The notes: generated by a model not told the origin, from the letters alone. DNA of 64,000 nucleotides from a virus (IMGVR_UViG_3300032245_000902:1-64000); one strand, 5' to 3'. Counted from the stretch's first letter, positions 48,781 through 62,788 are shown. A program made the numbers and translations.

Positions 48781-50586
48781 ATGGCAAATACCAACATTTT
48801 AATCAAACGTTCCAATTCAGTTGGAAGACCAGGATCATTACTTGCTGGCGAATTAGCCTACTCGTATGCATCCAATACCATCTTTATTGGATCACCTACC
48901 GGCAACGGTGTTGTCAATGTTGGTGGTCAATACTACACTTCCCAGGTCGATAATGCGACCGCTGCAGCCACAGGATTAACTCTAGTTCGGCGTGATGCGA
49001 CAGGTAATGCAGCATTTAATTTCATTACTGCAAACATCATTGGTACTATTCAAGGTACCGCAAATGCTGCTGTTCAATTAGAGAATTCTAGAAACTTCTC
49101 AATTAGCGGTGGTGATATCACCGCTTCAGCCGTTGGTTTTAATGGTACCGCTGATGTAACTCTCAATACTTCTCTTAATGCGGTTCCTGGCCTTGGTGCT
49201 GGTACATACGGTTCTACAACAGCGATTCCAGTTATTCAAGTGGCCGCTAACGGTCGTGTAATGAATGTTACAACCGCAGCAATTACAACATCATTTACTG
49301 TTGCCGGCGATAGTGGTACTCCACAGACTGTTTCTGGTGGTGACACATTAACACTTGTTGGTGGTGCTGGTATTACTTCTGTTGCAAGTGCAACCGATAC
49401 AGTAACTTTTGATGTTGATAATACTGTTGTTCGTGCCAATGCATTTACTGGTGGCACACAGACAATCAACACCAATTTAACGATTGGTTCAGGAAAAGAT
49501 TTAACTGTTACGGGTAACTTAATCATTACAGGTAACGTAGTATCAGAAAACGTTACGCAATTTGCTATTCAAGATCCATTACTTGTTCTTGGTATTGGTA
49601 ACTATTACACCGATACAAAAGATATTGGTTTCGCAGCACACTATAATGATGGTTCAAATGCTCACACCGGTTTGATTCGTGATTCTAATGCTAGTAAAGA
49701 ATATTATTTCTTTGAAGGTTATATACCCGACGTTGATGCAAACAACAACGTAAATATTACCGACCCATCATTTAGAAAATCAAATGTTCATGTTAACTAC
49801 CTTAAAGGTAATGTAGTTGCAAACACAATATCAACCGATACAATTACTACGACAGGTAATGTAACAATTGGTGGCAATTTAATAGTTGCTCAAGACATTG
49901 TAATTGATGACCTACAAGTTGATGTAATTACTGCAAATACATTAACACTCACCAATGCTCTTACAGTACCAAATGGTGGTACAGGTAAAACATCATTTAC
50001 TTCTGGTCAAATTGTTATTGGTTCTGGTGTAAATGGTCTTACACAAATTGCTAACTCAACTGTTGCTGTTGGTCAAACTTTTGGATCAGCCTCTTCTGTT
50101 GCTGCCTTTGAAACTGATGTATATGGCCGTGTTGTTGCTGTATCAAATACATCTATTGCAATTGATGCTTCTGCAATTACTTCAGGTACATTACCAATTG
50201 CTCGTGGCGGCACAAACGGCACATCATTTACTGATAACCAAATTACGTATTTTGATGGCACAAAGATTGCTTCTTTAGCAAACACCACATATACACAGAC
50301 AGGCACTTTAGCTTCGAATAACACAATTACATCGATTACTGTTGATGGATTTGGAAGATTTACTGCTGCTACTGTGGGTGCAATTTCTGGTTTGACAGTT
50401 GCACAAGGCGGTACAGGATTATCTACAATTACACAAAACGGTATTACATACGGAAATGGAACAGGTAATTTAGGAGTAACAGCTGCGGCCGGTACTGCTG
50501 ATCAAACTTGGTCTAATCAGATATTAACAGTTACTAATGCTGGTGTTCCTGTGTGGACAACATCATTAGATGGAGGTCAGTTTTAA
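48781..50586 (+). CDS. Tail fibre protein (GELAY N-domain, L.V..GGTG repeats, terminal DGGQF)
   Basis: Thr/Gly/Asn-rich; D..GR and GGTG fibre motifs; AATAAATA at 48728-48735. Confidence 0.85.
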   Translation: MANTNILIKRSNSVGRPGSLLAGELAYSYASNTIFIGSPTGNGVVNVGGQYYTSQVDNATAAATGLTLVRRDATGNAAFNFITANIIGTIQGTANAAVQLENSRNFSISGGDITASAVGFNGTADVTLNTSLNAVPGLGAGTYGSTTAIPVIQVAANGRVMNVTTAAITTSFTVAGDSGTPQTVSGGDTLTLVGGAGITSVASATDTVTFDVDNTVVRANAFTGGTQTINTNLTIGSGKDLTVTGNLIITGNVVSENVTQFAIQDPLLVLGIGNYYTDTKDIGFAAHYNDGSNAHTGLIRDSNASKEYYFFEGYIPDVDANNNVNITDPSFRKSNVHVNYLKGNVVANTISTDTITTTGNVTIGGNLIVAQDIVIDDLQVDVITANTLTLTNALTVPNGGTGKTSFTSGQIVIGSGVNGLTQIANSTVAVGQTFGSASSVAAFETDVYGRVVAVSNTSIAIDASAITSGTLPIARGGTNGTSFTDNQITYFDGTKIASLANTTYTQTGTLASNNTITSITVDGFGRFTAATVGAISGLTVAQGGTGLSTITQNGITYGNGTGNLGVTAAAGTADQTWSNQILTVTNAGVPVWTTSLDGGQF

Positions 50587-50624
50587 TTGATGACTATATA
50601 ATTTTTTTATAATAGGAGTTTGAA

Positions 50625-51200
50625 ATGGGCAATGAAAAATATTTGAATTATTATGTAGAGATATTAACCAGTACAATGACCGATGCGGTTATTAGGAATA
50701 TATCTCTACAATCCAATGCACGAGTTACTGAAGATGTTATTAACGAACAAGTTAAAAAAAATAATGAATATGAAAATGTTATTGAAGGTTTAAAAAATGA
50801 ATTAGAATTAATTAAAATTGATAAAAATCAAGAGTCTGATTCTAAAATTTTAAATCTAGAAAATATTATTAAAGGCCATATAGAAAGAATTGGTGACTTA
50901 GAAAAACAACTAAATGATTTAAATAATTTAAAAAATGAATATGAAAATGTTAAACATCAAGTAGGTCACCTTGACACTTTTAGAAATGAGTTAAATAAAG
51001 AACGTGAGAATCATAAACAAACTCATAATGACTATGAATTAAAAATTGAAGAATTAAATAATCAAATTGAGTATTTGCAATTAACTCCTGCCAAACGTAA
51101 AAAAATAGACGAAGAAAAAGATAAAGGTTTAGAAATAACAAATCAGTCGTCAGTTTTACCTTTAATAGACGATACAACGAAAGATGGCGGAAGTTTTTAA
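50625..51200 (+). CDS. Coiled-coil protein ending DGGSF
   Basis: AGGAG SD; long heptad pattern; terminal KDGGSF. Confidence 0.8.
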   Translation: MGNEKYLNYYVEILTSTMTDAVIRNISLQSNARVTEDVINEQVKKNNEYENVIEGLKNELELIKIDKNQESDSKILNLENIIKGHIERIGDLEKQLNDLNNLKNEYENVKHQVGHLDTFRNELNKERENHKQTHNDYELKIEELNNQIEYLQLTPAKRKKIDEEKDKGLEITNQSSVLPLIDDTTKDGGSF

Positions 51201-51206
51201 AAATAG

Positions 51207-52277
51207 ATGGCAAATACAATATTACAGGTAAAAAAATCAGGCGTAACAGGTAACGTACCTTCTTCACTAGCATATGGTGAGTTGGCGTTAAACTACGCTG
51301 ACGGAAAACTGTATTATCGTGATTCTAACAATGCAATCACTTTTATTCAGAGTGGTTCAACAACTGATTCATTTGCAACCATCAACGCAAATAGTTCGTT
51401 AATTCTTGCTACATCTCCAACCGATACTTTATCTATTGCTGCTGGTAATAATATTACCATTTCGGCTTGCACCGTATCAAAAACAATTACAATTAATGCA
51501 ACTGCATCTAGTACAACAGGTGCCACAGGACCAACTGGACCAACCGGACCAACTGGACCAACCGGACCAACTGGACCTAGTGGATCTCAAGGTGCCACAG
51601 GACCAACTGGACCTAGTGGATCTGAAGGTGCCACAGGACCAACTGGACCAACTGGACCTAGTGGATCTGGTGGATCTTTAGAGATTGTAAATGATAATAG
51701 TTCAAATAATGTTTACTATATTAACTTTGCCAATAATACTTCTGGTAACACAAATACTTTATTCACCTCAAATAATAATTTAACATTCAATCCGAGTACA
51801 GGTGTATTAAATGTTAAATCTTTAGATGTAACGGCAAATTCAAATATATCATCAAAAAGTTATAGTGCTACAGGAACAGGTCAAGTTGTAATTGATTTTT
51901 TTCCTAAAACAGTTTACAGAAGTGCTTTTTATCAAATACAAATTGAATCAAGTTTAAATTATCATATATTAAATTTAAATATATTACAAAATGGAAGTAA
52001 TACATTTAGTTCAGTTTTTGGAGAAGTATATTCAACAAGTTCTTTAGGAAGTTTTTCGTCAGATATTGTTGGAAATAATGTAAGATTACTTTTTACACCT
52101 TCACTGGATGGAACAATAGTAACATTCATTAGAAATGCAATTGCTCAGTCATCAGCTATTCCTAATGTTCCATCAGCTGATTTAGGTTACATTGGTCAAC
52201 CAGTTACAATTACATTTGATGCTGGATTAGATGATGAAGAAGTTACAGATTCCTTTGATTATGGATCCGTACCGTAA
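51207..52277 (+). CDS. Fibre protein with GELA N-domain, short collagen segment and YRSAxY domain
   Basis: [11 protein letters not shown]...GELALNY.DGKLY; about 17 G-X-Y triplets; ends DLGYI...DAG...FDYGSVP. Confidence 0.85.
   Translation: MANTILQVKKSGVTGNVPSSLAYGELALNYADGKLYYRDSNNAITFIQSGSTTDSFATINANSSLILATSPTDTLSIAAGNNITISACTVSKTITINATASSTTGATGPTGPTGPTGPTGPTGPSGSQGATGPTGPSGSEGATGPTGPTGPSGSGGSLEIVNDNSSNNVYYINFANNTSGNTNTLFTSNNNLTFNPSTGVLNVKSLDVTANSNISSKSYSATGTGQVVIDFFPKTVYRSAFYQIQIESSLNYHILNLNILQNGSNTFSSVFGEVYSTSSLGSFSSDIVGNNVRLLFTPSLDGTIVTFIRNAIAQSSAIPNVPSADLGYIGQPVTITFDAGLDDEEVTDSFDYGSVP
51519..51669 (+). repeat. Collagen-coding tandem repeats (ggaccaac[t/c]; ggtgccacaggaccaactggacctagtggatct)
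   Basis: Directly visible 9-bp and about 36-bp units. Confidence 0.85.
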
Positions 52278-52313
52278 TAAATACTACATAAAATAAGATT
52301 TTTAGGATAAAGA

Positions 52314-55300
52314 ATGAGCACACAACTACAACTTAGAAGAGGCAATACGGCACAAACCGCTGTATTTACCGGAGCAATTGGAGAGGTTACTGTTGACACA
52401 GACCAAAAAACTCTTACTGTTCATGATGGCGTTACTCTTGGTGGTAACTATATTGTCAATAAATCTCAGGTTGATGCTAACTTATCAATTATTCAAGGTA
52501 TAAACAACAGCCAAAATACCACGATTACAGCAGTTAACAATTTTGCTGCTAGTGCTTATAATACCGCTAATGGTGCCAATGGTCTGGCTGCTGGTGCATA
52601 TAACCAAGCAAATACAAATGCTGGTGCGATTACTTTGGTTCAAGGTACTGACGCTACACAGAATACTCGTTTGAATAGTATTGAAACCATCAATACAAAT
52701 CAAAACACTCGGATGTCTATCATCGAGAGTGTTGATAATACACAAAATACTCGATTAAATTCTATTGAGACCGTTAATGTAGACCAAAATACGGCAATCA
52801 GTATCATACAAGGTGTGAATTTAGGTCAAAATACCACAATTACAGCCGTTAATAACTTTGCTCAAGCAGCTTATAATACTGCAAATAATAAATTTAATTC
52901 CAGTGGTGGTACAATCTCTGGTGATGTTGCTGTCACAGGTAATTTAACTGTAACTGGCCAAACATTCTATGCAAATGTAACCAATATTAATGTTGATGAT
53001 AGTTTTATAACATTAAATGCAAACACGGTAGGAAGTCCTGTTTTTGATGCTGGTATTGAAATTGATCGTGGTACAGCAAATAATGTTTTACTTTATTGGA
53101 ATGAATTTAGTAAAACTTGGGATTATACAGATGACTTACAAAATGATGAAACTATAGCTTCACAGACTTATGTTGGTTCAAGTATATCTTCAAGTATAAC
53201 TCCAGTCAATCAATATGCTCAGTCAGCATACAATCAAGCTAATTCTGCCAATAGTCTTGCAGGCACAGCTTATACAACCGCTTTAGGTGCCAATGGTTTG
53301 GCTGCTGGTGCTTTTAATAAAGCAAATACTTCGTTACAAAATTCTGGTACACAAACACTTAACGGCAATTTAATCATTAATGGTTCAACCAACACAACAG
53401 AATGGGCCAATACATCCAATGCGTATGTAAGTAATAAATTATACGCTGGTATTGCGCCACAACTCTCTACACCTTTACCAGATTTAATTGCACAATTTAC
53501 AGGCAATGTTGCATCGTATGTTCAAATTAACGCTGAGAATATTGATCCAGTAGGCACCGCTGATTATGTGGCCACTGCTGATGTAGGCACAGATACATCA
53601 TTCTATATAAACTTAGGTATTGAAAACTCACAAGCTGGTGAAGGTGCTTTTTATCCACTAGATGGATATCTAATAGTTCAAGGTAACACCGGCCAAGTTG
53701 GTGGTAATCTTATTATAGGAACAACTTCACAAACGCCAGGACAACACACTAAGATTGTTGCTGGTGGTGAAGAAGAATCCAATGTTGTTATACAATTTAA
53801 TGACGATTTATCAACTATATTTTATGGTAATGCAATACCTTCAGTAACTAACTCACAATACTTAGGAAGTTCAACTAAACGTTGGCATAGTTTATATGTT
53901 GGTCCTGGTTCTGTTGATATTGATAATATTGTATTAAGTAATAATAATGGAAAACTTGTAATATCTGGTGCTTCAGACATTGTTATTTCTGGTTCAAGTG
54001 TACCTTCAACAGGTGATATTTCAAATAAAGCAAATAATGCCTATGATAGAGCTAATGCCGCTTTTGCTTCATCTAATGCAGTAAATGGTTATGCACAATC
54101 AGCTTATGCAACAGCTAATGGTGCCAATGGACTGGCTGCTGGTGCTTTTAATACTGCCAATGGTGCTAATGGACTGGCTGCTGGTGCTTTTAATACTGCC
54201 AATGGTGCTAATGGACTGGCTGCTGGTGCATATGCACAAGCAAATACAGGAACAAGTATAGCAGAAGCAGCTTTTGCTTTTGCTAACACTTTATCCGGAG
54301 GCTCTGCAACCGATAATGTAGCAAGAACTTTGGCACAATCTGCCTATAATTCTAGTAACCTAGTAAATCAATTTGCTGCTGGTGCTTTCAATACCGCCAA
54401 CGGTGCCAATGGTTTAGCTGCTGGTGCTTTCAACCAAGCAAACACCAATGCTGGTGCAATCAGCATTATTCAAGGTGTCAATTTAGGTCAAAATACCACC
54501 ATCACTGCTGTTAACAACTATGCTGCGAGTGCTTATGCTACCGCTAATAGCAAATTTAATTCATCTGGTGGAACAATCTCAGGTGATGTAAATGTTACTG
54601 GTAATTTAAGTGTTACTGGAACAACATTCTACGCAAACACAGAACAACTACATGTTAAAGATAACATCATTACATTGAATTCAAATGTAACTGGTGTTCC
54701 AACACTTGATGCTGGTATTGAAGTTAATCGTGGAAGTGAAACGAACACAGTATTGAAATGGAGTGAAACAGATCATGCGTGGGAATTCACTAACGATGGT
54801 ACAAATTTCTTTAGAATTGCTGATACAGGTAGGGTAAATTCTGCGTTTGCTTTAGCAAATACCAATGCTGGTGCCATAGCTATTATTCAAGGTGTCAATT
54901 TAGGTCAGAATACCACAATTACAGCAGTTAACGACTTTGCTGCTGGTGCTTTCAATACCGCCAACGGTGCTAATGGTTTAGCTGCTGGTGCTTTCAACCA
55001 AGCAAACACCAATGCTGGTGCCATAGCTATTATTCAAGGTGTTGATTTGGCACAGAATACCGCAATCACAGCAGTCAACAACTTTGCCGTTAGTGCTTAT
55101 AACCAAGCAAACACCAATGCTGGTGCCATAGCTATTATTCAAGGTGTTGATTTGGCACAAAATTCAGCCATCAGCATTATTCAAGGTGTAGACCTTACAC
55201 AGAATACCAATATTACTGCTGTTAATAACTATGCCGTTAGTGCTTTCAATACCGCCAACGGTGCCAATGGTTTAGCTGCTGGTGCTTATGCACAAGCAAA

Positions 55301-57692
55301 CACAGCATACTCATATGCAACTGGAGTAGAAGTAATTGCTCAAAATGCTTATAATAGAGCTAATGCTGCTTTTGCTTCTTCTAATGCGGTAAATCAATTT
55401 GCTCAATCGGCTTTCAATACTGCCAATGGTGCTAATGGACTGGCTGCTGGTGCTTATGCACAAGCAAATACAAATGCTGGTGCAATTTCTATTATTGAAG
55501 GTGTAAATTCAACACAGAATACTAGAATCAATAGTATTGAAACAATCAACATCAACCAAAATACTAGCATTAGCATTATTCAAGGTGTTGATCTTACTCA
55601 AAATACACAAATTGCTGGTATTCAAGGTGTTGATTTGGCACAAAATTCAGCCATTAGTATTATTCAAGGTGTTGATTTAGCACAGAATACAAATATTACC
55701 GCTGTTAATAACTATGCTGCTAGTGCTTTCAATACCGCCAACGGTGCCAATGGTCTGGCTGCTGGTGCTTTTAACACAGCTAATGGTGCTAATGGTTTAG
55801 CTGCTGGTGCTTATGCACAAGCGAATACCAATGCAGGTGCAATCAGCATTATTCAAGGTGTGAATTTAGCACAGAATAACAATATTACTGCTGTTAATAA
55901 TTTTGCTCAGTCAGCATACGATACCGCTAATGGTGCAAATGGTTTAGCTGCTGGTGCTTATGCGGCCGCCAACAGTAAGTTTAGTTCTTCTGGTGGCACA
56001 ATTACTGGTTCTGTTACTGTTACAAACGATTTAACTGTTAATGGTAATGTTTCTTTCGTAGGTAATGTTACTTCTGTTACTGTTACAGGTAATACTGGTC
56101 AATTCTTTGGTTATGCAGCTAACGGTTTTAACGCTTTGTATGCTGGTATTCCAGTAGGTTACTTAATTGAACCACAAATGGTTACACAGTTGAGTAGTGA
56201 CTATGATGGATACGCCGGATTTAATATGCAAAATATTAATACTGGCGCCAACTCATCATCAGACTATTTTATTACGGCCGATAATGGATCTCCATTAGAT
56301 GGATTTTTGGATTTAGGTCTTGCAGGTAGTAACTATAGTTATGAAGGTTATACTTTATTAGGTCCAAACGATGGTTATTTGATTGTGTCTGGTAATACTG
56401 CCACAGGTGGTGGTGATCTAGTGTTTGGAACACAACTTCAAAATGATATCATATTTACAGTAAACGGAATCAATACTGAAAATGAAGTTGCTAGATTTAC
56501 TTCTGCTAACAATTTAGTAATCAAGTCAAATAATCCAAGTTCATCAAACTCAACAGGATCATTACAAGTTATTGGTGGCGTTGGTGTTGCTGGTAACGTT
56601 TATGCAGATGCATTATATTCTGGACAAACAAATATATTAACATATGCACAAGGTGTTAATACCAGTCAAAATACTAGAATGTCTATTATTGAAGGTGTTG
56701 ATTTAGCACAAAATTCAGCCATCAGCATTATTCAAAGTGTTGATCTTACTCAAAATACCAATATTACCGCTGTTAATAATTATGCTGTTTCCGCTTATGC
56801 ACAAGCAAATACTAATGCTGGTGCGATAGTTATTATTCAAGGTGTAAATTCAACACAGAATACTCAAATTGCTGGTATTCAAGGTGTGGATTTGGCACAG
56901 AATTCAGCTATTAGTATCATTCAGGGAGTTGATCTTACACAAAACACCAACATTACTTCTGTAAACCAATATGCGGCTTCTGCATATGCACAGGCAAACA
57001 ATTCTTTAAACTTGTCAACAGGTGGTGTTGTTGCTGGTAATGTAACTGTAAATTCAGTTATCGCTAACAACTCAATTTACTCACCAGTAATACATTCACC
57101 TGCTGCAGCATCCAAATTAGAATTGACCGATATTGGCCTTGTTGGTATTACTGTTGCTAGCCAAACATATTACTTTGGTGCTTCTGGTATAGAATCGAGT
57201 CAAGGTCTTTTTGGTGGTTCATTTGGTCGAAATAGATTATCACTAAACAACGAAACGAATTTGTCATCTACCAATTATGATACTGTAAAGATTCAAACAG
57301 GTACAGATGGCAATATACAAAATGAATTTACATTCGCCAACAATACAGTTACATTACCTGGCGCAATCATTCAGACCAATGCGGCCAGAACAAGTAATAC
57401 ATTTACTACAGGTTCTACTTCACAAGTTACTGTTGATTCATTCTCAGCTTCCACATATCGTTCTGCCAAGTATCAAGTTCAAATTACATCCGGTGTAGGA
57501 TACCATGTAATCGAATTAAGAGTTGTTCATAATGGTACAACAACATATCTTGCACAATATGGTGAAATTATAACCGATGTATCATTAGGAACTTTTGATG
57601 CTGATATTTCTGGTGGTAATGTAAGATTGTTATTTACTGGTGCAAATGCAGTTTCAGTAGTTAAGTTAGTCCGTGACGCCATAAATATTTAA
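52314..57692 (+). CDS. Long repetitive tail fibre protein with Mtd-N / hyaluronidase-like N-domain
   Basis: QLRRG.......FTGA.GE.TVDTD...L..HDG start; many ANGANGLAAGA and IIQGVDLxQN repeats; 1792 aa; AATAAATA at 52276-52283. Confidence 0.88.
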   Translation: MSTQLQLRRGNTAQTAVFTGAIGEVTVDTDQKTLTVHDGVTLGGNYIVNKSQVDANLSIIQGINNSQNTTITAVNNFAASAYNTANGANGLAAGAYNQANTNAGAITLVQGTDATQNTRLNSIETINTNQNTRMSIIESVDNTQNTRLNSIETVNVDQNTAISIIQGVNLGQNTTITAVNNFAQAAYNTANNKFNSSGGTISGDVAVTGNLTVTGQTFYANVTNINVDDSFITLNANTVGSPVFDAGIEIDRGTANNVLLYWNEFSKTWDYTDDLQNDETIASQTYVGSSISSSITPVNQYAQSAYNQANSANSLAGTAYTTALGANGLAAGAFNKANTSLQNSGTQTLNGNLIINGSTNTTEWANTSNAYVSNKLYAGIAPQLSTPLPDLIAQFTGNVASYVQINAENIDPVGTADYVATADVGTDTSFYINLGIENSQAGEGAFYPLDGYLIVQGNTGQVGGNLIIGTTSQTPGQHTKIVAGGEEESNVVIQFNDDLSTIFYGNAIPSVTNSQYLGSSTKRWHSLYVGPGSVDIDNIVLSNNNGKLVISGASDIVISGSSVPSTGDISNKANNAYDRANAAFASSNAVNGYAQSAYATANGANGLAAGAFNTANGANGLAAGAFNTANGANGLAAGAYAQANTGTSIAEAAFAFANTLSGGSATDNVARTLAQSAYNSSNLVNQFAAGAFNTANGANGLAAGAFNQANTNAGAISIIQGVNLGQNTTITAVNNYAASAYATANSKFNSSGGTISGDVNVTGNLSVTGTTFYANTEQLHVKDNIITLNSNVTGVPTLDAGIEVNRGSETNTVLKWSETDHAWEFTNDGTNFFRIADTGRVNSAFALANTNAGAIAIIQGVNLGQNTTITAVNDFAAGAFNTANGANGLAAGAFNQANTNAGAIAIIQGVDLAQNTAITAVNNFAVSAYNQANTNAGAIAIIQGVDLAQNSAISIIQGVDLTQNTNITAVNNYAVSAFNTANGANGLAAGAYAQANTAYSYATGVEVIAQNAYNRANAAFASSNAVNQFAQSAFNTANGANGLAAGAYAQANTNAGAISIIEGVNSTQNTRINSIETININQNTSISIIQGVDLTQNTQIAGIQGVDLAQNSAISIIQGVDLAQNTNITAVNNYAASAFNTANGANGLAAGAFNTANGANGLAAGAYAQANTNAGAISIIQGVNLAQNNNITAVNNFAQSAYDTANGANGLAAGAYAAANSKFSSSGGTITGSVTVTNDLTVNGNVSFVGNVTSVTVTGNTGQFFGYAANGFNALYAGIPVGYLIEPQMVTQLSSDYDGYAGFNMQNINTGANSSSDYFITADNGSPLDGFLDLGLAGSNYSYEGYTLLGPNDGYLIVSGNTATGGGDLVFGTQLQNDIIFTVNGINTENEVARFTSANNLVIKSNNPSSSNSTGSLQVIGGVGVAGNVYADALYSGQTNILTYAQGVNTSQNTRMSIIEGVDLAQNSAISIIQSVDLTQNTNITAVNNYAVSAYAQANTNAGAIVIIQGVNSTQNTQIAGIQGVDLAQNSAISIIQGVDLTQNTNITSVNQYAASAYAQANNSLNLSTGGVVAGNVTVNSVIANNSIYSPVIHSPAAASKLELTDIGLVGITVASQTYYFGASGIESSQGLFGGSFGRNRLSLNNETNLSSTNYDTVKIQTGTDGNIQNEFTFANNTVTLPGAIIQTNAARTSNTFTTGSTSQVTVDSFSASTYRSAKYQVQITSGVGYHVIELRVVHNGTTTYLAQYGEIITDVSLGTFDADISGGNVRLLFTGANAVSVVKLVRDAINI
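54114..54229 (+). repeat. 42-bp tandem repeat, about 3 copies (ANGANGLAAGAFNT)
   Basis: gccaatggtgctaatggactggctgctggtgcttttaatact repeated in tandem. Confidence 0.85.
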
Positions 57693-57721
57693 TATTAATA
57701 CAATGTAGAAGGTGGTTTATT

Positions 57722-58297
57722 ATGAGAGGTGATTGGTGCTATTTTGGCAGGCATTTTTCGAAAGAAACCTGCCAAAAAATACTTGATTTAGGATTAAAAA
57801 AATCTTCTAAAGATGCTGTCTTGGGTGTTGATGGTAATACCCAAGACAATGATTGGCGAAGAAGTAAAGTTCGTTTTATTCAAGCAAATGATCCTGAATT
57901 TCAATTTCTTTTTGATGAAATTTGGAAAATGGGTATGCAAGCCAACCGTGATTGGTTCAATTTTCATGTCACCAATTTGTCATTTATTCAACTAGCCGAA
58001 TATGATTCTTCATATCAAGGCGAATACAAAAAACACCACGATGTATTCTGGATTAACAACGATAAATACCATCGTAAGTTAACTTGTGTTATTCAATTGT
58101 CTGACCCCAATGATTATGAAGGTGGTGATTTTGAGTTGTTTGATTTGACAGGTGGTCAATATCCAAATAAAGAAGATTTGCGCCAACAAGGTACAGCAAT
58201 ATTCATTCCTTCTTTCACTCCACATCAAGCACATCCAGTAACAAAAGGTACGAGATATTCTATTGCAGTTTGGTTTGAAGGTCCTAAATGGGTATAA
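57722..58297 (+). CDS. 2OG-Fe(II) oxygenase (PKHD/prolyl-hydroxylase-like)
   Basis: YKKHHD, RKLTCVIQLSDP.DYEGG, IPSF.PH...PVTKG.RYS...W; CATAAATA at 57680-57687. Confidence 0.9.
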   Translation: MRGDWCYFGRHFSKETCQKILDLGLKKSSKDAVLGVDGNTQDNDWRRSKVRFIQANDPEFQFLFDEIWKMGMQANRDWFNFHVTNLSFIQLAEYDSSYQGEYKKHHDVFWINNDKYHRKLTCVIQLSDPNDYEGGDFELFDLTGGQYPNKEDLRQQGTAIFIPSFTPHQAHPVTKGTRYSIAVWFEGPKWV

Positions 58298-58300
58298 AAT

Positions 58301-58857
58301 ATGAATGATTATGAGTTTGAAAAAGATTATTGGGGTGATTGTTGTAATACATTTGATGAGGACCAAAAGCATTATGTTTATGGCCGTTTGATGGGATTAC
58401 ATCGAGAACATTATTCATTTGATGTTTTTGGTAAATCAATTCTTGATATTGGTGGTGGTCCAACCTCTATGTTATTAAAAACTAAAAACCTTATAAAAGG
58501 TAAAGTGGTTGATCCAATTAAATATCCAAATTGGACAATGCTGCGTTATTTGGAAAAAAATATAGAAGTGAAAGTTGAACCGGGTGAAAATTTAAATGAG
58601 ATTGATAATAGTTGGGATGAAGTTTGGATCTACAACTGTTTACAACATGCTGAAGATCCAGAAAAAATTATACATAAGGCTTTAAAATCTGGCAAAGTAT
58701 TAAGATTTTTTGAATGGATTGATGTGCCTGCACACGAAGGACATCCGCATGAACTTACAGAAGAAAATTTAAATAAATGGATTGGTGCAAGAGGTATGAC
58801 TACAAGATTATCCGAATCTGGATGTTATGGCAGAGCATATTATGGAGTATTCACACG

Positions 58858-58861
<4 letters not shown>
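58301..58861 (+). CDS. Class I SAM-dependent methyltransferase
   Basis: SILDIGGGP, VDP, GE.L, WD.V..YNCLQH..DP. Confidence 0.85.
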
Positions 58862-61414
<2,553 letters not shown>

Positions 61415-61417
61415 CAA

Positions 61418-62788
61418 ATGTCCAATTCTAATTTTGTAGTTAAAAACGGTTTAAGTGTCAATACTGCAAGCATCATTGATTCTTCTGGTAATTGGACAGG
61501 TGCACCTTCAAACAACCCAGGTTCAACAGGACCAAACGGAACAACAGGCAGCCAAGGAACTAACGGACCAAACGGACTGCAAGGTAGTCTTGGACCATCG
61601 GGCAACCAAGGCAATACTGGACCAACAGGACCTACAGGTGAAAGCCCAACAGGATCAAATGGTCCAACAGGACTTTCAGGATCACAAGGCACAAATGGAC
61701 CAACCGGCGATATTGGAAGTTCTGGTACTAATGGACCAACAGGAACAACCGGCAGTCAAGGTTCTCTCGGACCTACTGGTCTAAGTCCTACTGGTGTTAC
61801 TGGTCCAACAGGAAATGCTGGAACATCAGGCACTTTAGGTGTGACTGGTCCAAACGGACCTCAAGGCAATTTAGGTCCAGCAGGAACAACCGGCGTAAAC
61901 GGCATCACTGGAGCATCAGGCCCAAGTCCTATTGGCCCAACAGGTAATACTGGTCCTACAGGTAGCAATGGTCCTACCGGTCCTACTGGTCCAAGTCCTA
62001 CTGGTGTAACAGGTCCTACAGGTCCTACTGGACCTACAGGTGCAGATGGTTTATCTGGTGTTGGTGCAACCGGTTCAATAGGTCCTACCGGTACAACAGG
62101 AACTACAGGTAGCAATGGTCCTACCGGTCCTACTGGTCCAAGTCCTACTGGTGTAACAGGTCCTACCGGTCCTCAAGGTTCTCTCGGTCCTACTGGTCCA
62201 AGTCCTACTGGTGTAACAGGTCCTACAGGTCCTACTGGACCTACAGGTGCAGATGGTTTATCTGGTGTTGGTGCAACAGGCAGTGCAGGTCCTACAGGAC
62301 CCACAGGACCTAATGGGCCAACTGGAGGAACAACAACAGCAGACGATTCAAACATCAATTCGTTGGGTGTTGGTGCAGCTGCAACAGGTACTGCGGGTGA
62401 AATTGTTGCAACAAACAATATTACCGCATACTACTCCGATAAAAGATTAAAAGACAATATTCAACAAATTGAAAATGCTTTACAATTAGTAAATCAAATT
62501 TCAGGCGTTTTCTATACACAAAGTAAATTTGCAGAACAGTTTGGTTATACGGATTATCGTAAACAAGTTGGTGTTATTGCACAAGAAATACAAGCAATTA
62601 TGCCTGAAGCGGTTGCTATCGCTCCGTTTGATATGAACAAAGAAGGTAACAGTAAGTCTGGTGAAAATTACTTAACTGTTCGTTACGAAAGATTGGTACC
62701 ATTATTAATTGAGGCCATTAAAGAACGCCAGGTGCAAATAAATACTATTAAACAAAAACTGAAAGAAAAACATGGCAACCGTTACTAA
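61418..62788 (+). CDS. Second collagen-like fibre with peptidase S74 chaperone
   Basis: Same [10 protein letters not shown] start and chaperone as ORF 60029; interrupted G-X-Y repeats. Confidence 0.9.
   Translation: MSNSNFVVKNGLSVNTASIIDSSGNWTGAPSNNPGSTGPNGTTGSQGTNGPNGLQGSLGPSGNQGNTGPTGPTGESPTGSNGPTGLSGSQGTNGPTGDIGSSGTNGPTGTTGSQGSLGPTGLSPTGVTGPTGNAGTSGTLGVTGPNGPQGNLGPAGTTGVNGITGASGPSPIGPTGNTGPTGSNGPTGPTGPSPTGVTGPTGPTGPTGADGLSGVGATGSIGPTGTTGTTGSNGPTGPTGPSPTGVTGPTGPQGSLGPTGPSPTGVTGPTGPTGPTGADGLSGVGATGSAGPTGPTGPNGPTGGTTTADDSNINSLGVGAAATGTAGEIVATNNITAYYSDKRLKDNIQQIENALQLVNQISGVFYTQSKFAEQFGYTDYRKQVGVIAQEIQAIMPEAVAIAPFDMNKEGNSKSGENYLTVRYERLVPLLIEAIKERQVQINTIKQKLKEKHGNRY
61978..62277 (+). repeat. 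Exact 93-bp direct repeat (61978-62070 and 62185-62277)
   Basis: Compared base by base: cggtcctactggtccaagt...ggtgttggtgcaac is identical in both copies. Confidence 0.85.

Noticed and set aside
50587-50613. TTGATG...TATAAT sigma70-like promoter before ORF 50625
   Set aside because: The spacer is only 15 nt and the -10 box abuts the SD, so transcription would start past the ribosome-binding site.
54114-55960. Regularly recurring repeats resembling a CRISPR array
   Set aside because: Repeats are in frame, vary at third codon positions and lack unique spacers of constant length.
52314-57692. Mtd-like N-domain plus repeats, suggesting a diversity-generating retroelement
   Set aside because: No reverse transcriptase in the window, no non-coding template repeat, and the differences in the 91-bp repeat pair are synonymous C/T changes rather than adenine-specific.
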